A stretch of DNA of 61,001 nt, counting the filler. It is 4 parts of 4 records of this genome, joined end to end, with 100 filler letters (N's around TTAATTAATTAA, not from the genome) between each part and the next. Parts side by side here need not be neighbours in the genome. Positions count along the whole stretch, not along the records: positions 27,920 to 52,374 come from SRR20825019_1531; 3 more parts are not named here. One strand, 5' to 3'. This document shows, piece after piece, positions 32,708 to 43,664 of the stretch. A model generated the notes under the pieces. The model did no database searches. It was not told the origin of the DNA and saw nothing but the letters and a program-made list of their open reading frames with translations. The position numbers and the translations under genes were made by a program. How positions within the stretch are numbered: position 1 is the first letter of the stretch; every line of letters starts with the position of its first letter.

Positions 32708-33622
32708 ATGAATTCTGAAAATCATAATCCAGTTTTACTTAATGAAGTATTAGAAGTATTAGAGCCTAAAAATCAAGGAATATATATTGATGGTACATTT
32801 GGAAGGGGAGGGTATTCGAGCGCAATATTAAATTTAGGAGTATCTAATCTTTATTCATTTGATATAGACCCAACAGTAAGTAAATTTGCAGACGAAATAA
32901 CAAAAATTCATGGAGATAAATTCAAATTTATATTGAGTAATTATGATTCTATTGATAAGCATATAGATAATAATTTGAAGTTGGATGGAATAGTACTAGA
33001 TCTTGGTGTGTCTTCTATGCAACTAGATAATGGGGATAGAGGCTTTTCATTTTCTAAAAATGCTAAACTTGATATGCGTATGAGCAATACTGGATATTCA
33101 GCTTATGATTTTATTAATAGTAAAAAAGAAGAGGAAATAGCTGATATTATTTATAAATATGGTCAAGAACATTTATCAAGAAAGATTGCAAAAGGTGTAG
33201 TTAATTATAGAAAAATAAAAAATATCGAAACTACGTTTGAGCTAAGAGATATAATAAAAGCTGTAAAACCTAGAGGAAAATCAAAAATTGATCCTGCAAC
33301 TAAAACATTTCAAGCTATCAGAATATATGTTAACAAAGAGCTTGAGAGTTTAGAGAAATTTTTAAATATTTCAGACTCTTTGTTAAAATCTAGTGGAAAG
33401 TTAATAATAGTAACTTTTCATTCTCTTGAAGATAAGATAGTAAAAGATTTTTTTAAAAATAATCATAAGAAGAGACTTAGTACTTCAAAATACAAAAAAA
33501 ATATGTATACTACGGGCAAATTTGTTGAAATATCTAAAAAAGTTATTACGCCAAGTAAAAAAGAGTTAGTTATTAACCCAAGGGCGAGATCAGCTAAACT
33601 TAGATACGCTATTAAGGAATAA
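32708..33622 (+). CDS. rsmH: 16S rRNA m4C1402 methyltransferase
   Basis: H.PVLL.EV, DGTFGRGG, DLGVSSMQLD, TFHSLED and NPRARSAKLR motifs. Confidence 0.96.
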   Translation: MNSENHNPVLLNEVLEVLEPKNQGIYIDGTFGRGGYSSAILNLGVSNLYSFDIDPTVSKFADEITKIHGDKFKFILSNYDSIDKHIDNNLKLDGIVLDLGVSSMQLDNGDRGFSFSKNAKLDMRMSNTGYSAYDFINSKKEEEIADIIYKYGQEHLSRKIAKGVVNYRKIKNIETTFELRDIIKAVKPRGKSKIDPATKTFQAIRIYVNKELESLEKFLNISDSLLKSSGKLIIVTFHSLEDKIVKDFFKNNHKKRLSTSKYKKNMYTTGKFVEISKKVITPSKKELVINPRARSAKLRYAIKE

Positions 33623-33626
33623 TTTG

Positions 33627-34028
33627 ATGAATATCGAAAAAAAATACAGTTATATATTATCCTTACTGACTATTTTTACAGCAGTTTATATTTTGTTTAG
33701 TATAAATTATTCTGTTCAGACTCTAGAATATCAAGTGGCTGAGGTTGATAGGATGATAGAAAAAGAAGAAAAAAATCTTAAAATATTAAGAGCTGAGTAT
33801 GCACATTTACAGTCTCCGGCAAGGATAGCTGCATTTGCATCAAAATTTCTTAATTTATCTCCTATTCGTGTGTCTCAAATAGAAACAACTTCTCCTGATC
33901 TTATAGTAACTTTAAAGCCAAGTTCTTTTGTTTCCTCTTCATCTTCAAGAGCGTGGAGATATAAAAGATCTATCCATGAATATGTAAAATCATCAAACAA
34001 GCGAGGATATTCTCAAGCCTCTAAGTAG
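33627..34028 (+). CDS. ftsL: Cell division protein FtsL-like
   Basis: One TM plus coiled coil with LRAEYAHLQSPARI; lies between rsmH and ftsI. Confidence 0.75.
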   Translation: MNIEKKYSYILSLLTIFTAVYILFSINYSVQTLEYQVAEVDRMIEKEEKNLKILRAEYAHLQSPARIAAFASKFLNLSPIRVSQIETTSPDLIVTLKPSSFVSSSSSRAWRYKRSIHEYVKSSNKRGYSQASK

Positions 34029-34031
34029 TAT

Positions 34032-35705
34032 ATGCTTTCATATATTAGCAGACTTTTTATATGGAGAGAAAGTAATAAGATAGCAAGAGATAGGATATCT
34101 GTTCTTGTAATTATTTTCACTCTTTTATATTTAAGTATAGTATTAAGGTTACTTGGTAACATTACTATTAATAATAAAAATTACAGTAATAATAATAATA
34201 ATATAATTTCAAGGAAAGAAATTATAGATAGAAATAGTAAACCTCTAGTTGTAAATATTCCATTTTTATCATTATACGCAAAACCAGAACTTATTAATAA
34301 TCCTAAAGAATCTGCTAAAAAGTTAGTTAAAATCTTTCCAGATCTTGAATATAAAAATATATACTCAAAATTAACTAGTGGAAAAAAATTTGTATGGATA
34401 AAAAGAGATTTATCAGAAGATAAGGAAAAACTTTTTTATAGTCAGGGTCTTGTTGGGTTTGATTTTGAAAGACATATGAAAAGAGTATATATTCAAGGTA
34501 GTGCTATGTCTCATATCTTGGGATATGTAAATAGGGACGGGAAAGGCATATCTGGTGTTGAAAAATTTTGTGATGATATATTAAATCCAGAAAGTAAGAA
34601 AGATAACTTGCCATTAAAACTAACTATTAGTTCTAGAATACAAAATATAGTTTCTAATGAACTAGATGAATATATTCAAAAATTTAATGCAAAGGGCGGT
34701 GCTGGTATTGTTTTAGATCCTAATACTGGTGAAGTATTATCTTTAGTAAGTAAACCAGATTTTGATCCACATAAACCAGGAGATGCTAGTGATGATCAAA
34801 AATTTAATAAAGCAACACTTGGTATATATGAGCTTGGTTCTGTCGTAAAGCCACTAATTATAGCAATGGGTCTTGATAGTAAGGTTTCTAGTATTAACGA
34901 TGTGTATAATCTTGATGATTTTAAAATGGCAAATTATAAAATTAAGGATTATCATAAAAATCATGGATGGCATAGTCTTGCAGAAATACTAATTCATTCA
35001 TCAAATATTGGTATGGCTCAAATAGCACTTGAGGTTGGAAAGGAGGTTTTTTATGAATATATAAATAAATTCAATTTATTTTCAAAATCAGATATAGAAA
35101 TTCCAGAAAAAGCATCATCTATATTTCCGCATAAATCAAAATTAACTGAACTTAGTTTAGTAACCATGTCTTATGGATATGGTATGTCACTAAGTCCTTT
35201 AAAATTTGTTGAAGCAATGATTCCTATAGTAAATGGAGGATATGCTAATAAAGTTACTTTGTTAAAGAGAGATTCTTATGTTAAGGGCAAGAAAATATTA
35301 AATTCAGAAACTTCTGATTCTTTAAATAAATTAATGAGATTAGTTGTAAAAATAGGAACAGGTAAAAAAGCTGAAGTAAACGGCTATTTAGTAGGAGGCA
35401 AAACTGGAACAGCTAATAAAATGGAGGGAAATCAATATGTACAGGATCAAAAAAGATTATCTTCATTTATAGGTATCATGCCTACTATTAAACCTAAATA
35501 TTTAGTATTTGCTTTTTTAGATGAACCAAAAGGAATCAAGGAAACTTTTGGATTTGCTGGCGGTGGCTGGACTTCTGCACCTTTAGTTGGAAATATATTA
35601 AAAAAAATTGCTATATTAGATGGCATGAAAACTTATGATGAAAATAATCCTGAAATAAAAAAATTACTTCATGTTGATTACAAGGTACAGCATGAATCAA
35701 AATGA
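34032..35705 (+). CDS. ftsI: Peptidoglycan transpeptidase FtsI (PBP3)
   Basis: R..I.DRN, GSVVK (SxxK), SSN (SxN) and GKTGT motifs. Confidence 0.92.
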   Translation: MLSYISRLFIWRESNKIARDRISVLVIIFTLLYLSIVLRLLGNITINNKNYSNNNNNIISRKEIIDRNSKPLVVNIPFLSLYAKPELINNPKESAKKLVKIFPDLEYKNIYSKLTSGKKFVWIKRDLSEDKEKLFYSQGLVGFDFERHMKRVYIQGSAMSHILGYVNRDGKGISGVEKFCDDILNPESKKDNLPLKLTISSRIQNIVSNELDEYIQKFNAKGGAGIVLDPNTGEVLSLVSKPDFDPHKPGDASDDQKFNKATLGIYELGSVVKPLIIAMGLDSKVSSINDVYNLDDFKMANYKIKDYHKNHGWHSLAEILIHSSNIGMAQIALEVGKEVFYEYINKFNLFSKSDIEIPEKASSIFPHKSKLTELSLVTMSYGYGMSLSPLKFVEAMIPIVNGGYANKVTLLKRDSYVKGKKILNSETSDSLNKLMRLVVKIGTGKKAEVNGYLVGGKTGTANKMEGNQYVQDQKRLSSFIGIMPTIKPKYLVFAFLDEPKGIKETFGFAGGGWTSAPLVGNILKKIAILDGMKTYDENNPEIKKLLHVDYKVQHESK

Positions 35706-37158
35706 ATTAAAGTTATTTTTAGATAAACATAATATTAAAGATATTTCAACTGACTCAAGAAATATTAAAAAAGGGTCTATTTTTTTTGCCATTAAAGGTT
35801 ATAAATATAATGGAGAGGATTATATAAAAGATGCTATTAAAAGTGGAGCTAGAATAATATTTACTAGTAATAAAAAATTAGCTAAAGATAATATTTATTA
35901 CTTTAAAGATATTAATAAAATTTTAAGAGACTCTTTAAATTATTTATATCCAAATCTACCTTATTGCCTGGCTGCAGTTACTGGGACTAATGGAAAATCT
36001 TCTGTAGTAAATTTTTATAATCAAATATGTAATAAGCTTTTATTAAAATCAGCTTCAATCGGAACTTTAGGGGTAGAAAGTAAAAATATTGAATTAACTA
36101 ATTTAGATGTAAATTCTACATTAACTACTCCAGATACTATATCACTTAGAAAGATAATCAATTTTTTAAGTTTAAAGGGATGTAAACACATTGCACTTGA
36201 AGCTTCAAGTATCGGAATAGATCAAGGTAGGCTAGATGGGCTGAAATTTGATATAGCAGCTTTTACTTCATTTAGTATGGATCACCTTGATTATCATAAA
36301 AATTTTGATAATTACTTAAATGCAAAATTAAAATTATTTACAAACCACTTAAAAGAAGATTCAAAAATAGTATTAAATAATAGACTTTATAGATTTCAAG
36401 AAATTTATTCTCATATTATAAATAAATCTAAAAAAATACCTATAATCATAGGAAAGGGAGGTGATATTGAAATTATATCAATTAAGATAAATAAGTTTAC
36501 TAAATTATCAGAAGTATATGTAAGATACTATAAAGAAACTTATAAGTTTAATACATCAATTAACACAAGGATATTAATAGAGAATTTGGTTATGTCTATG
36601 GTATTAGTCTCTATTAAAGGGGCTCATTTTAAAGAAATAGCTAAATCAGTTTCAAAGATTAATTCCATTAATGGTAGAATGGAATTTATAAACCATAAAA
36701 ATCTTAATTTTAATAAAAATATAGTTATAGATTATTCCCATACTCCAGAAGCTCTAAAAATAGCAATAAATAACTTAAGAGAATTTTTAAAGGATAGTAG
36801 TAATAATAATGGAAGAATTATAACATTATTTGGATGTGGTGGAGATAGAGATAAAATTAAACGTCCCCATATGGGAAAGATTGCTAAGAGTTATTCTGAT
36901 ATAGTTATTGTAACTGATGATAATCCAAGAAATGAATTACCTTCAGAGATTAGAAAGGATATTATAGGAGATTTAAAAAATATTATAGAAATAGCAAGTA
37001 GAGAAGAAGCTATAAAATATGGTATAAGTATCTTAAAGCAGGGTGATATTCTCTTACTTGCAGGAAAAGGGCATGAGAAGTTTCAGATACTAAATGATGG
37101 AATAATAGAGTTTGATGAAAAAAAGATAGTAAATAATCTTTTGGATAATAATATTTAA
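35692..37158 (+). CDS. murE: UDP-MurNAc-tripeptide ligase (meso-DAP type)
   Basis: TGTNGKSS, DHLDYH, DYSHTP, FGCGGDRD, DNPR and AGKGHE motifs; start at ATG 35692. Confidence 0.94.
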   Translation: MNQNELKLFLDKHNIKDISTDSRNIKKGSIFFAIKGYKYNGEDYIKDAIKSGARIIFTSNKKLAKDNIYYFKDINKILRDSLNYLYPNLPYCLAAVTGTNGKSSVVNFYNQICNKLLLKSASIGTLGVESKNIELTNLDVNSTLTTPDTISLRKIINFLSLKGCKHIALEASSIGIDQGRLDGLKFDIAAFTSFSMDHLDYHKNFDNYLNAKLKLFTNHLKEDSKIVLNNRLYRFQEIYSHIINKSKKIPIIIGKGGDIEIISIKINKFTKLSEVYVRYYKETYKFNTSINTRILIENLVMSMVLVSIKGAHFKEIAKSVSKINSINGRMEFINHKNLNFNKNIVIDYSHTPEALKIAINNLREFLKDSSNNNGRIITLFGCGGDRDKIKRPHMGKIAKSYSDIVIVTDDNPRNELPSEIRKDIIGDLKNIIEIASREEAIKYGISILKQGDILLLAGKGHEKFQILNDGIIEFDEKKIVNNLLDNNI

Positions 37159-37210
37159 TGATAAATTTCACATATTTTGACATAATTATGGTTATTGCTA
37201 TTTTACTTAA

Positions 37211-38668
37211 ATGAGACAAAATATATCAAAAACTATTAATAAATATATCTGGAATGAAAAGTCTATTTCAGAGGCTCTAGGGCTTAAAATAGACAGAAAA
37301 CTAAATCTAAACAAAGTTAGATTTAATTCTTTAGATATTGAGCCTCATGACATATTTATACCTCTTATTGATAAAAGAGATGGTCATGATTTTATTGATG
37401 ATGCATTAAACAGGGGTGCTGGACTAATATTATCTAGCAGAAAGGATAAAATAAATAATGATAAAATTATTTTAGTTGATGATACTTATGAATCATTAAT
37501 TAAACTTGCAAAATATAAAAGAAGTAATTTAAAAGCAAAATTTATAGGTATTACTGGAAGTGTTGGTAAGACTACAACAAAAGAAATTATTACTAAATCT
37601 ATTTCATATGAAAAAAAAATTTACTCATCTAGTTTAAACTATAATAATCAAATAGGCCTTCCTTGCGAGCTTGCTTCTATGGGGCAAGATTATGATTATG
37701 GTATATTTGAGCTAGGAATGAGTAATAAAGGAGATATAAGTTTTTTAGCTAATATATTACGCCCAGAAATTGCAATAATAACTGCAATATCAGTTAATCA
37801 TATTGAAAATTTAGGTAGCATTGAAAATATAGCTTTAGAAAAATTACAAATTGCTAGTCAAAATGATTGTAAAATAGTTATCATTAATGATGATGAATCC
37901 ATGTATGAATTTCAGAAGGAAAATTTATATAAAATAATTCTTAATACAACAAATAATAGAAGTAACTTATCAAATAAAAATAACTTTTTAAATTATAACT
38001 TATATAACTTTGGGAGTAATAAAAATTCTAACTCTTATATAAATAATAGCTATATGAAAGATGATAAATGGTATTATGAGATGAAAATTTTTGATCATAC
38101 CCACATAATAGAATTAAATAGATATTCAGCATCAATTTCATATGGAGTTTTAATTTCATTAATGCTTTTAAAAATTTTAAATATTAATAACAAATATTTT
38201 TTAGAAAATACTAAATATATTAATCATGCTTTAAGAAGAGGTGAGGAGATTATATTTAAAATAGATAATAAAAATATCAAACTTATTGATGATAGTTATA
38301 ATTCATCTCCTTTAGCTGTTAAAGCTGCTTGCGAATATTTATCAAAAATTAAAAAAATAAAGAAAATATTAATTATGGGAGATATGCTAGGGCTTGGCTC
38401 CTATTCAGAAAAAGCTCATCTAGATCTTGAAGAAATTATAGTAAACTCATCCATTTATAAGCTTATTACGGTTGGAGATCAAACTGAGTTATTACATAAT
38501 AATATAAAAAATAAAGATTATTTTTTAAGCTTGCATTATAATAATGTAGATGATTTAATAAAAGAATTAATACCTATAATAAAAGATGCAGACTTAGTAT
38601 ATTTAAAAGCTTCAAATGCTATAAATTTATATAAACTTGCTAATTATATTAAAGATAAATTCACTTAA
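37211..38668 (+). CDS. murF: UDP-MurNAc-pentapeptide ligase
   Basis: DGHDFI, ITGSVGKTTTK, NNQIGLP, ELGMS, DDSYNSSP, GDMLGLG and KAS motifs. Confidence 0.92.
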   Translation: MRQNISKTINKYIWNEKSISEALGLKIDRKLNLNKVRFNSLDIEPHDIFIPLIDKRDGHDFIDDALNRGAGLILSSRKDKINNDKIILVDDTYESLIKLAKYKRSNLKAKFIGITGSVGKTTTKEIITKSISYEKKIYSSSLNYNNQIGLPCELASMGQDYDYGIFELGMSNKGDISFLANILRPEIAIITAISVNHIENLGSIENIALEKLQIASQNDCKIVIINDDESMYEFQKENLYKIILNTTNNRSNLSNKNNFLNYNLYNFGSNKNSNSYINNSYMKDDKWYYEMKIFDHTHIIELNRYSASISYGVLISLMLLKILNINNKYFLENTKYINHALRRGEEIIFKIDNKNIKLIDDSYNSSPLAVKAACEYLSKIKKIKKILIMGDMLGLGSYSEKAHLDLEEIIVNSSIYKLITVGDQTELLHNNIKNKDYFLSLHYNNVDDLIKELIPIIKDADLVYLKASNAINLYKLANYIKDKFT

Positions 38669-38683
38669 AAGAGATAAAATAAT

Positions 38684-39724
38684 ATGAATATATTTCAAGA
38701 GAAATTATTATATAGCTCATTAACTTCATTTGCTATTAGTTTTATAATTTCAATATGCTCAATACCAATTCTTAAATTATTCCTTAAAAAACTAGGCATA
38801 GGAAGTCAGCCTATAAGAGATGATGGACCTAAAATGCATAATATTAAAGGCGGGACATATACACTTGGAGGTACTGTAATTATTGCATCAATATTTATAA
38901 GCTGCGTATTTGTTACTAAATATAATACTCAGCAAATATATTCTGTTTTAGTTTTAACTTTATTATTATCTTTACTTGGATTTGTTGACGATATATTAAA
39001 ACTATTAAAATTTAATTCAGTAGGAGTAAAAGCTAGATATAAATTATTTATTCAATTTTTATGTAGTTTAGTTTTTCTGTATCAAATTACATATTATCAG
39101 GATTTACAATTTTACTCACAAATTGAATTATTAGGTTATTCTTTTGATATAGGATATTTATATATAATATTTGCATGTATTTTAATTATTGCCTCATCAA
39201 ATGCTGTTAATCTAACAGATGGCCTTGATGGACTTGTTTCTGTTCCAGTAATAATTTCAAGTCTTGGTTTTGCTATAATTTGTATAATTAAATGTATTTA
39301 TAGTCCTGAAATTAATTCATATTATGATGATATCTTAAGAGATATTTTAGTATTATTTGGTGCAATTACTGGGAGTTTGCTTGGATTTTTATTTTTTAAT
39401 AAACATCCTGCATCTATATTTATGGGTGATACTGGAAGTTTAGGATTGGGAGGTCTTTTAGGCGGACTTAGTATTATTTTAAAGTCAGAATTAATTTATT
39501 CTATTCTTGGGGGAGTGTTTCTTATAGAGGCATTATCAGTTATTATTCAAGTTTACTATTTTAAATATACGGGAGGTAAAAGATTTTTTAAGATGTCTCC
39601 TATACATCATCACTTTGAACATATAGGATATAGTGAAAAACAAATAGTATATGGCTTTTGGTTATTATCCTTAGTATTTTTTATTATTGCTATAATACTA
39701 ACTTTATTGAGCTCATATATTTAA
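38684..39724 (+). CDS. mraY: Phospho-N-acetylmuramoyl-pentapeptide transferase
   Basis: QPIRDDGP, NAVNLTDGLDGL, FMGDTGSL and PIHHHFE motifs. Confidence 0.95.
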   Translation: MNIFQEKLLYSSLTSFAISFIISICSIPILKLFLKKLGIGSQPIRDDGPKMHNIKGGTYTLGGTVIIASIFISCVFVTKYNTQQIYSVLVLTLLLSLLGFVDDILKLLKFNSVGVKARYKLFIQFLCSLVFLYQITYYQDLQFYSQIELLGYSFDIGYLYIIFACILIIASSNAVNLTDGLDGLVSVPVIISSLGFAIICIIKCIYSPEINSYYDDILRDILVLFGAITGSLLGFLFFNKHPASIFMGDTGSLGLGGLLGGLSIILKSELIYSILGGVFLIEALSVIIQVYYFKYTGGKRFFKMSPIHHHFEHIGYSEKQIVYGFWLLSLVFFIIAIILTLLSSYI

Positions 39725-39785
39725 AGTTAATATATAAGCAAAATATTTTTAGTTAGTTTAAGTCAGTAAGAAATTAATAAAATAA

Positions 39786-40148
39786 TTAATTTCTAACTTT
39801 TTCTTTTATTCTAGCTGCTTTTCCTTGAAGTGATCTTAGATAATATAATTTTGCTCTTCTAACTACTCCAGATTTAACAAGTTCAATTTTTACGATATTT
39901 GGAGAATATATCATAAATCTTCTTTCAACTCCTTCGCCACTACTAATTTTTCTAACAAGTACAGAAGATGAAAGGCCTTTATTGTTTCTTGCAATTACTA
40001 TACCTTCAAATATCTGAACTCTTTCTGTAGTACCTTCAACAATTTTTAAATGAACTTTAATAGTATCTCCTGAAGCAAAATCAGGAATAATTTTATTTTC
40101 AGTTAATTTAGTAATTTGGTCTTTTTCAAATTTTTCTACTTGATTCAT
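39786..40148 (-). CDS. rplS: 50S ribosomal protein L19
   Basis: PDF..GDT, RVQIFEG, GEGVER and [10 protein letters not shown] motifs. Confidence 0.97.
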   Translation of the reverse strand: MNQVEKFEKDQITKLTENKIIPDFASGDTIKVHLKIVEGTTERVQIFEGIVIARNNKGLSSSVLVRKISSGEGVERRFMIYSPNIVKIELVKSGVVRRAKLYYLRSLQGKAARIKEKVRN

Positions 40149-40180
40149 ATTTTTACCTATTTTGTTATTTGTAATTAAAA

Positions 40181-40882
40181 TTAATTAATTAAATCTGGCC
40201 TATTTTTTTTAGTTACTTCTAAGCTTTTAGATTCTTTCCAATTCTGAATTTCTTTATGATTACCTGAAAGTAAAATATCAGGAACAGAAAGTCCATTCCA
40301 TACTCTTGGTCTTGTATATTGGGGATACTCTAAAATATTTTTACCATTTATTTTAGAATATGACTCTTCTTTTAAAGAAGATTCATTCCCAACTACACCA
40401 GGAAGTAAGCGAATGCAAGCTTCTAAAACTAACATTGCTGCGATCTCCCCACCTGCAAGAACAGAATCACATACAGAAATTTCTTCTGCATTATATGCTT
40501 CAATAATTCTTTCGTCAATCCCTTCAAATCTACCGCAAATTATTGTAAATTCTTTATCAGAAATCATCTGATTAATTTTTTGATTATTAAGTTTTTTTCC
40601 TTTGGCAGACATGTAATATAGTTTTTTATTTTTTACATTTTTAAAACTATGTTCTATTGCTTTTTCAAGTGTATCGGGTCTAAAAAGCATACCATTTCCG
40701 CCACCATATGGTTCATCATCTATTTGTTTATGTTTTCCAATCCCATAATCTTTAAGGTCTATAATATTTAATTTACAAATATTTTTTTTAAAAGCATTAC
40801 CAATTATTGAATAAAATAAAGGACCCGGAAACATTTCTGGAAATATAGTAATTATGCTAGATTTAAGTAAATATTCTTGCAT
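40181..40882 (-). CDS. trmD: tRNA (guanine-N1)-methyltransferase
   Basis: [27 protein letters not shown] and LEYPQYTRP motifs. Confidence 0.96.
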   Translation of the reverse strand: MQEYLLKSSIITIFPEMFPGPLFYSIIGNAFKKNICKLNIIDLKDYGIGKHKQIDDEPYGGGNGMLFRPDTLEKAIEHSFKNVKNKKLYYMSAKGKKLNNQKINQMISDKEFTIICGRFEGIDERIIEAYNAEEISVCDSVLAGGEIAAMLVLEACIRLLPGVVGNESSLKEESYSKINGKNILEYPQYTRPRVWNGLSVPDILLSGNHKEIQNWKESKSLEVTKKNRPDLIN

Positions 40883-41968
40883 TTACCTAGTATATTTAGC
40901 ATTAAGAATAAGTTTTGAAATATCGTAATTTAATAATGAATCAGAAATATTAATTGCTGATAGATTATGATAATTTAATTCTTCTATATCTATGCCTTTT
41001 ATTAAAAGATACTTAGCAGATAAATCTAAATTTCTTATTGCTGAAATGTGAAGTAAAGTATTGCCATGGTGAAATTTTAAATTAACTTGAGGGTAGTAAT
41101 CTAGTATAGTTCTAATAAGTTCGAGGTCTTGCTTTAAAGTAGATTCAAGAATTAAATGCTTAGCATCATTTTTACTTAATAAAGTATTAATTTTAGAGTA
41201 AGATGATATTTTACTTAAATAATAGTTAATTTTATTTTTTTCACTATTTGAGATATTTCTTTCAAAATCTCTCCAAAAATTAGATATGTAATTTGAATAT
41301 TCAACTTCATTTTTTCTGCCTAACTTAGATATTTTTCCTAAAACAATATCATCATCACTTGTAAGAGTGAGCATAATGGTTTCGTTATTAATAAATTTCT
41401 GATGCTCAAAAGTTATTTCAGTATTTTGGTTCTTTAAGTTATTATTTTTATTTAGCTTATGTGGATTTTTCTTATTTTTTTTCTTTTTAACCTTTAATTT
41501 ATTTTGAGATTTTTTATTAATTTTAGTAATAATAGGTTTATTTTCTATTTTATCTTCCTTATTTAAATATTTTTTATCAATATCATTATTAATTATATTA
41601 TCTTTATTACTTATTTTATCAGTATTATTTTCTGAATTTATAACATCATTATTTTCAACATTCTTTTTAAGTTTATTATCTTTAGTATTAATGCCTATTT
41701 TATTGAGTTCACTAATATCTAAAAGTTTTTCATTATTGTTTTCAGAATTTACTATGTCTTTATTAGAAATACTTAAATTACTATTAATATCTTTATTATT
41801 CTCGATTGGAGAATCAAAATTATTTAAAGGAGATAATTCTAATTTTTGTATTTCTTCTTGAGAATTATCTATATTTCCTATTATATTTTCATTTTTTGAG
41901 TTAGTAGAGTAGCAGGAATATGAGAATGATAAATATAATATAATTATGGAATTTATCAGGTGTTTCAT
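40883..41968 (-). CDS. RARP-1-like protein (Sec signal, disordered Asn/Lys-rich region, C-terminal ankyrin repeats)
   Basis: Hydrophobic N-terminus, low-complexity middle, GNTLLHISA...YLLIKGID ankyrin repeat; directly downstream of tolC. Confidence 0.6.
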   Translation of the reverse strand: MKHLINSIIILYLSFSYSCYSTNSKNENIIGNIDNSQEEIQKLELSPLNNFDSPIENNKDINSNLSISNKDIVNSENNNEKLLDISELNKIGINTKDNKLKKNVENNDVINSENNTDKISNKDNIINNDIDKKYLNKEDKIENKPIITKINKKSQNKLKVKKKKNKKNPHKLNKNNNLKNQNTEITFEHQKFINNETIMLTLTSDDDIVLGKISKLGRKNEVEYSNYISNFWRDFERNISNSEKNKINYYLSKISSYSKINTLLSKNDAKHLILESTLKQDLELIRTILDYYPQVNLKFHHGNTLLHISAIRNLDLSAKYLLIKGIDIEELNYHNLSAINISDSLLNYDISKLILNAKYTR

Positions 41969-41988
41969 ATCCCAGCTTTAATAATTAT

Positions 41989-43494
41989 TTAAAATAAAAT
42001 ATTGATAAAATTCAATTTTCTAAGTTCTTTCTTAGGTTCAAACATCTTCACATTAAGCTTTAGTCCTTTTGCAGTTAATTCACCTGTTTCTTTGATCAAA
42101 TTATATGAGTTAATTATGTGCGTAAGTTTTGACTTTACAACTTCAATCTTTACATTAGTTAAGCTATCTTCATGTTCAAGTACTTGTAATAGGGTTTTGT
42201 GTCCAACACTTTCCTCCATTTTTACACCTTCATAAGCTATTTGAGCAGCATCTAGTTTTTCTTTTAAATTTTCAAGTAGCATTTTACTAGATTGATATTC
42301 TTCCCAAAGACCTATTGCAGATGATTTTAAAGAAGTTTTTTTTATTAAGTAATCGGCGTGTGCAACTCTATAATTTGCTTTTGATTTTCTAATTTTAGCA
42401 TATTCAGCTCCTCCATTAGGAAGTATTGGAATATTAATATTTATAGTAGACTGAAAATGTTTATTATTAACATATTTGTCTTTAATGCGGTTATTTTCTA
42501 TTGATTTGGCCATAATTCCCAATTCTATTTTATGTTTTTTATATTCTTTAAGACTATCGGGTATTGAATTATATAATTCTAAAAAAGGATTTTTATCTGA
42601 AGCTTTTTCATATGATTTGGAGATATTTGCAGATATATTAGCGCTTGGCATTAACTCTCCTATAGCTGCATGAGATGTAAATTTAGTAGCATCTCTAATT
42701 AGTTTTGACTCTATTATATCAAAGTTCCCTTCATTAACTTTAGCTAAAAATTCACCTAAATTATTTGGTAAGTTATCAATATTATTTTTTGACATAATTG
42801 ACTCTGGTTTAACTCCAAAAATATTTATAAATTCAGCTTCAATTTTAGCTAGAGTTGCAAAGATATTAATTTTTTGAGTTTTAGAGCTAGCAAGTGAGGA
42901 TTTAGCTTCAGCAACATTTGTTTTTGTAGATTCACCAAGTTTAAATTTTTCTTGCTCTGATCTTAGCTTTTGAATACCTTTTTGCACAGACACATCACAA
43001 ATAGAATATATTTCCCTATATGTAATATAATAAAAATATACCTGTATTGCTCTAAATAAAAATTCTTGTTCACTTTTATAAAAATTAGCAATTGAAGCTT
43101 TAGCTGCTATTTCACTTGCTCTAATATTATCAATTATGCCATATTTGTATATAATTTGACTAATTCCTATATTTTGCTGATTTATTTTACTCGAACCTAT
43201 AAAATTATGAGAAGTATCACTATCATATTTTTTATAATATTTTCCATGTCCAAATGATATATTTGCGCTGATTCTTGGTTTTAATAAACTTTTAGCTATT
43301 GATAAATCTTGAATATTTCCAAGAAATTTATTTTGAATTGCCTTAATAGCTGGATTGGTCTCATAGGCTTTTTCTAGAGCTTGTTTTATGTCTAGTCCAA
43401 ATGCATGATTACTAAATAAAAATATTCCAGCACAAGCTATAATTTTAAGCATAAAATTTAATGTATAATAGTTAACTTTGGAACTATATACCAT
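41989..43494 (-). CDS. tolC: TolC-family outer membrane channel (possible alternative start 43452)
   Basis: Signal peptide, AL..AY..NP.I, F.LGE.T.T.VAEA and E..VG.KT.L.VL..E TolC repeat motifs. Confidence 0.85.
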   Translation of the reverse strand: MVYSSKVNYYTLNFMLKIIACAGIFLFSNHAFGLDIKQALEKAYETNPAIKAIQNKFLGNIQDLSIAKSLLKPRISANISFGHGKYYKKYDSDTSHNFIGSSKINQQNIGISQIIYKYGIIDNIRASEIAAKASIANFYKSEQEFLFRAIQVYFYYITYREIYSICDVSVQKGIQKLRSEQEKFKLGESTKTNVAEAKSSLASSKTQKINIFATLAKIEAEFINIFGVKPESIMSKNNIDNLPNNLGEFLAKVNEGNFDIIESKLIRDATKFTSHAAIGELMPSANISANISKSYEKASDKNPFLELYNSIPDSLKEYKKHKIELGIMAKSIENNRIKDKYVNNKHFQSTININIPILPNGGAEYAKIRKSKANYRVAHADYLIKKTSLKSSAIGLWEEYQSSKMLLENLKEKLDAAQIAYEGVKMEESVGHKTLLQVLEHEDSLTNVKIEVVKSKLTHIINSYNLIKETGELTAKGLKLNVKMFEPKKELRKLNFINILF

Positions 43495-43615
43495 AAGGAT
43501 CTTTCTTTGTATAGTTTTAGTTATGATTTTTGTAAAAGAATATATAAATTATTTCACTTCATAAATCGATTTAACTATATTTAACTATCTATAATTATTG
43601 TTTTAAAAGTTATTG

Positions 43616-43644
43616 TTGAAATAAGCACTTTATATCGATATATT
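43616..43644 (+). promoter_or_regulatory. Putative sigma70 promoter for tRNA-Cys/xerD
   Basis: TTGAAA-N17-TATATT about 20 nt upstream of the tRNA. The AT-rich background lowers specificity. Confidence 0.45.
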
Positions 43645-43664
43645 ACTCTTTAAAATAAATACAT

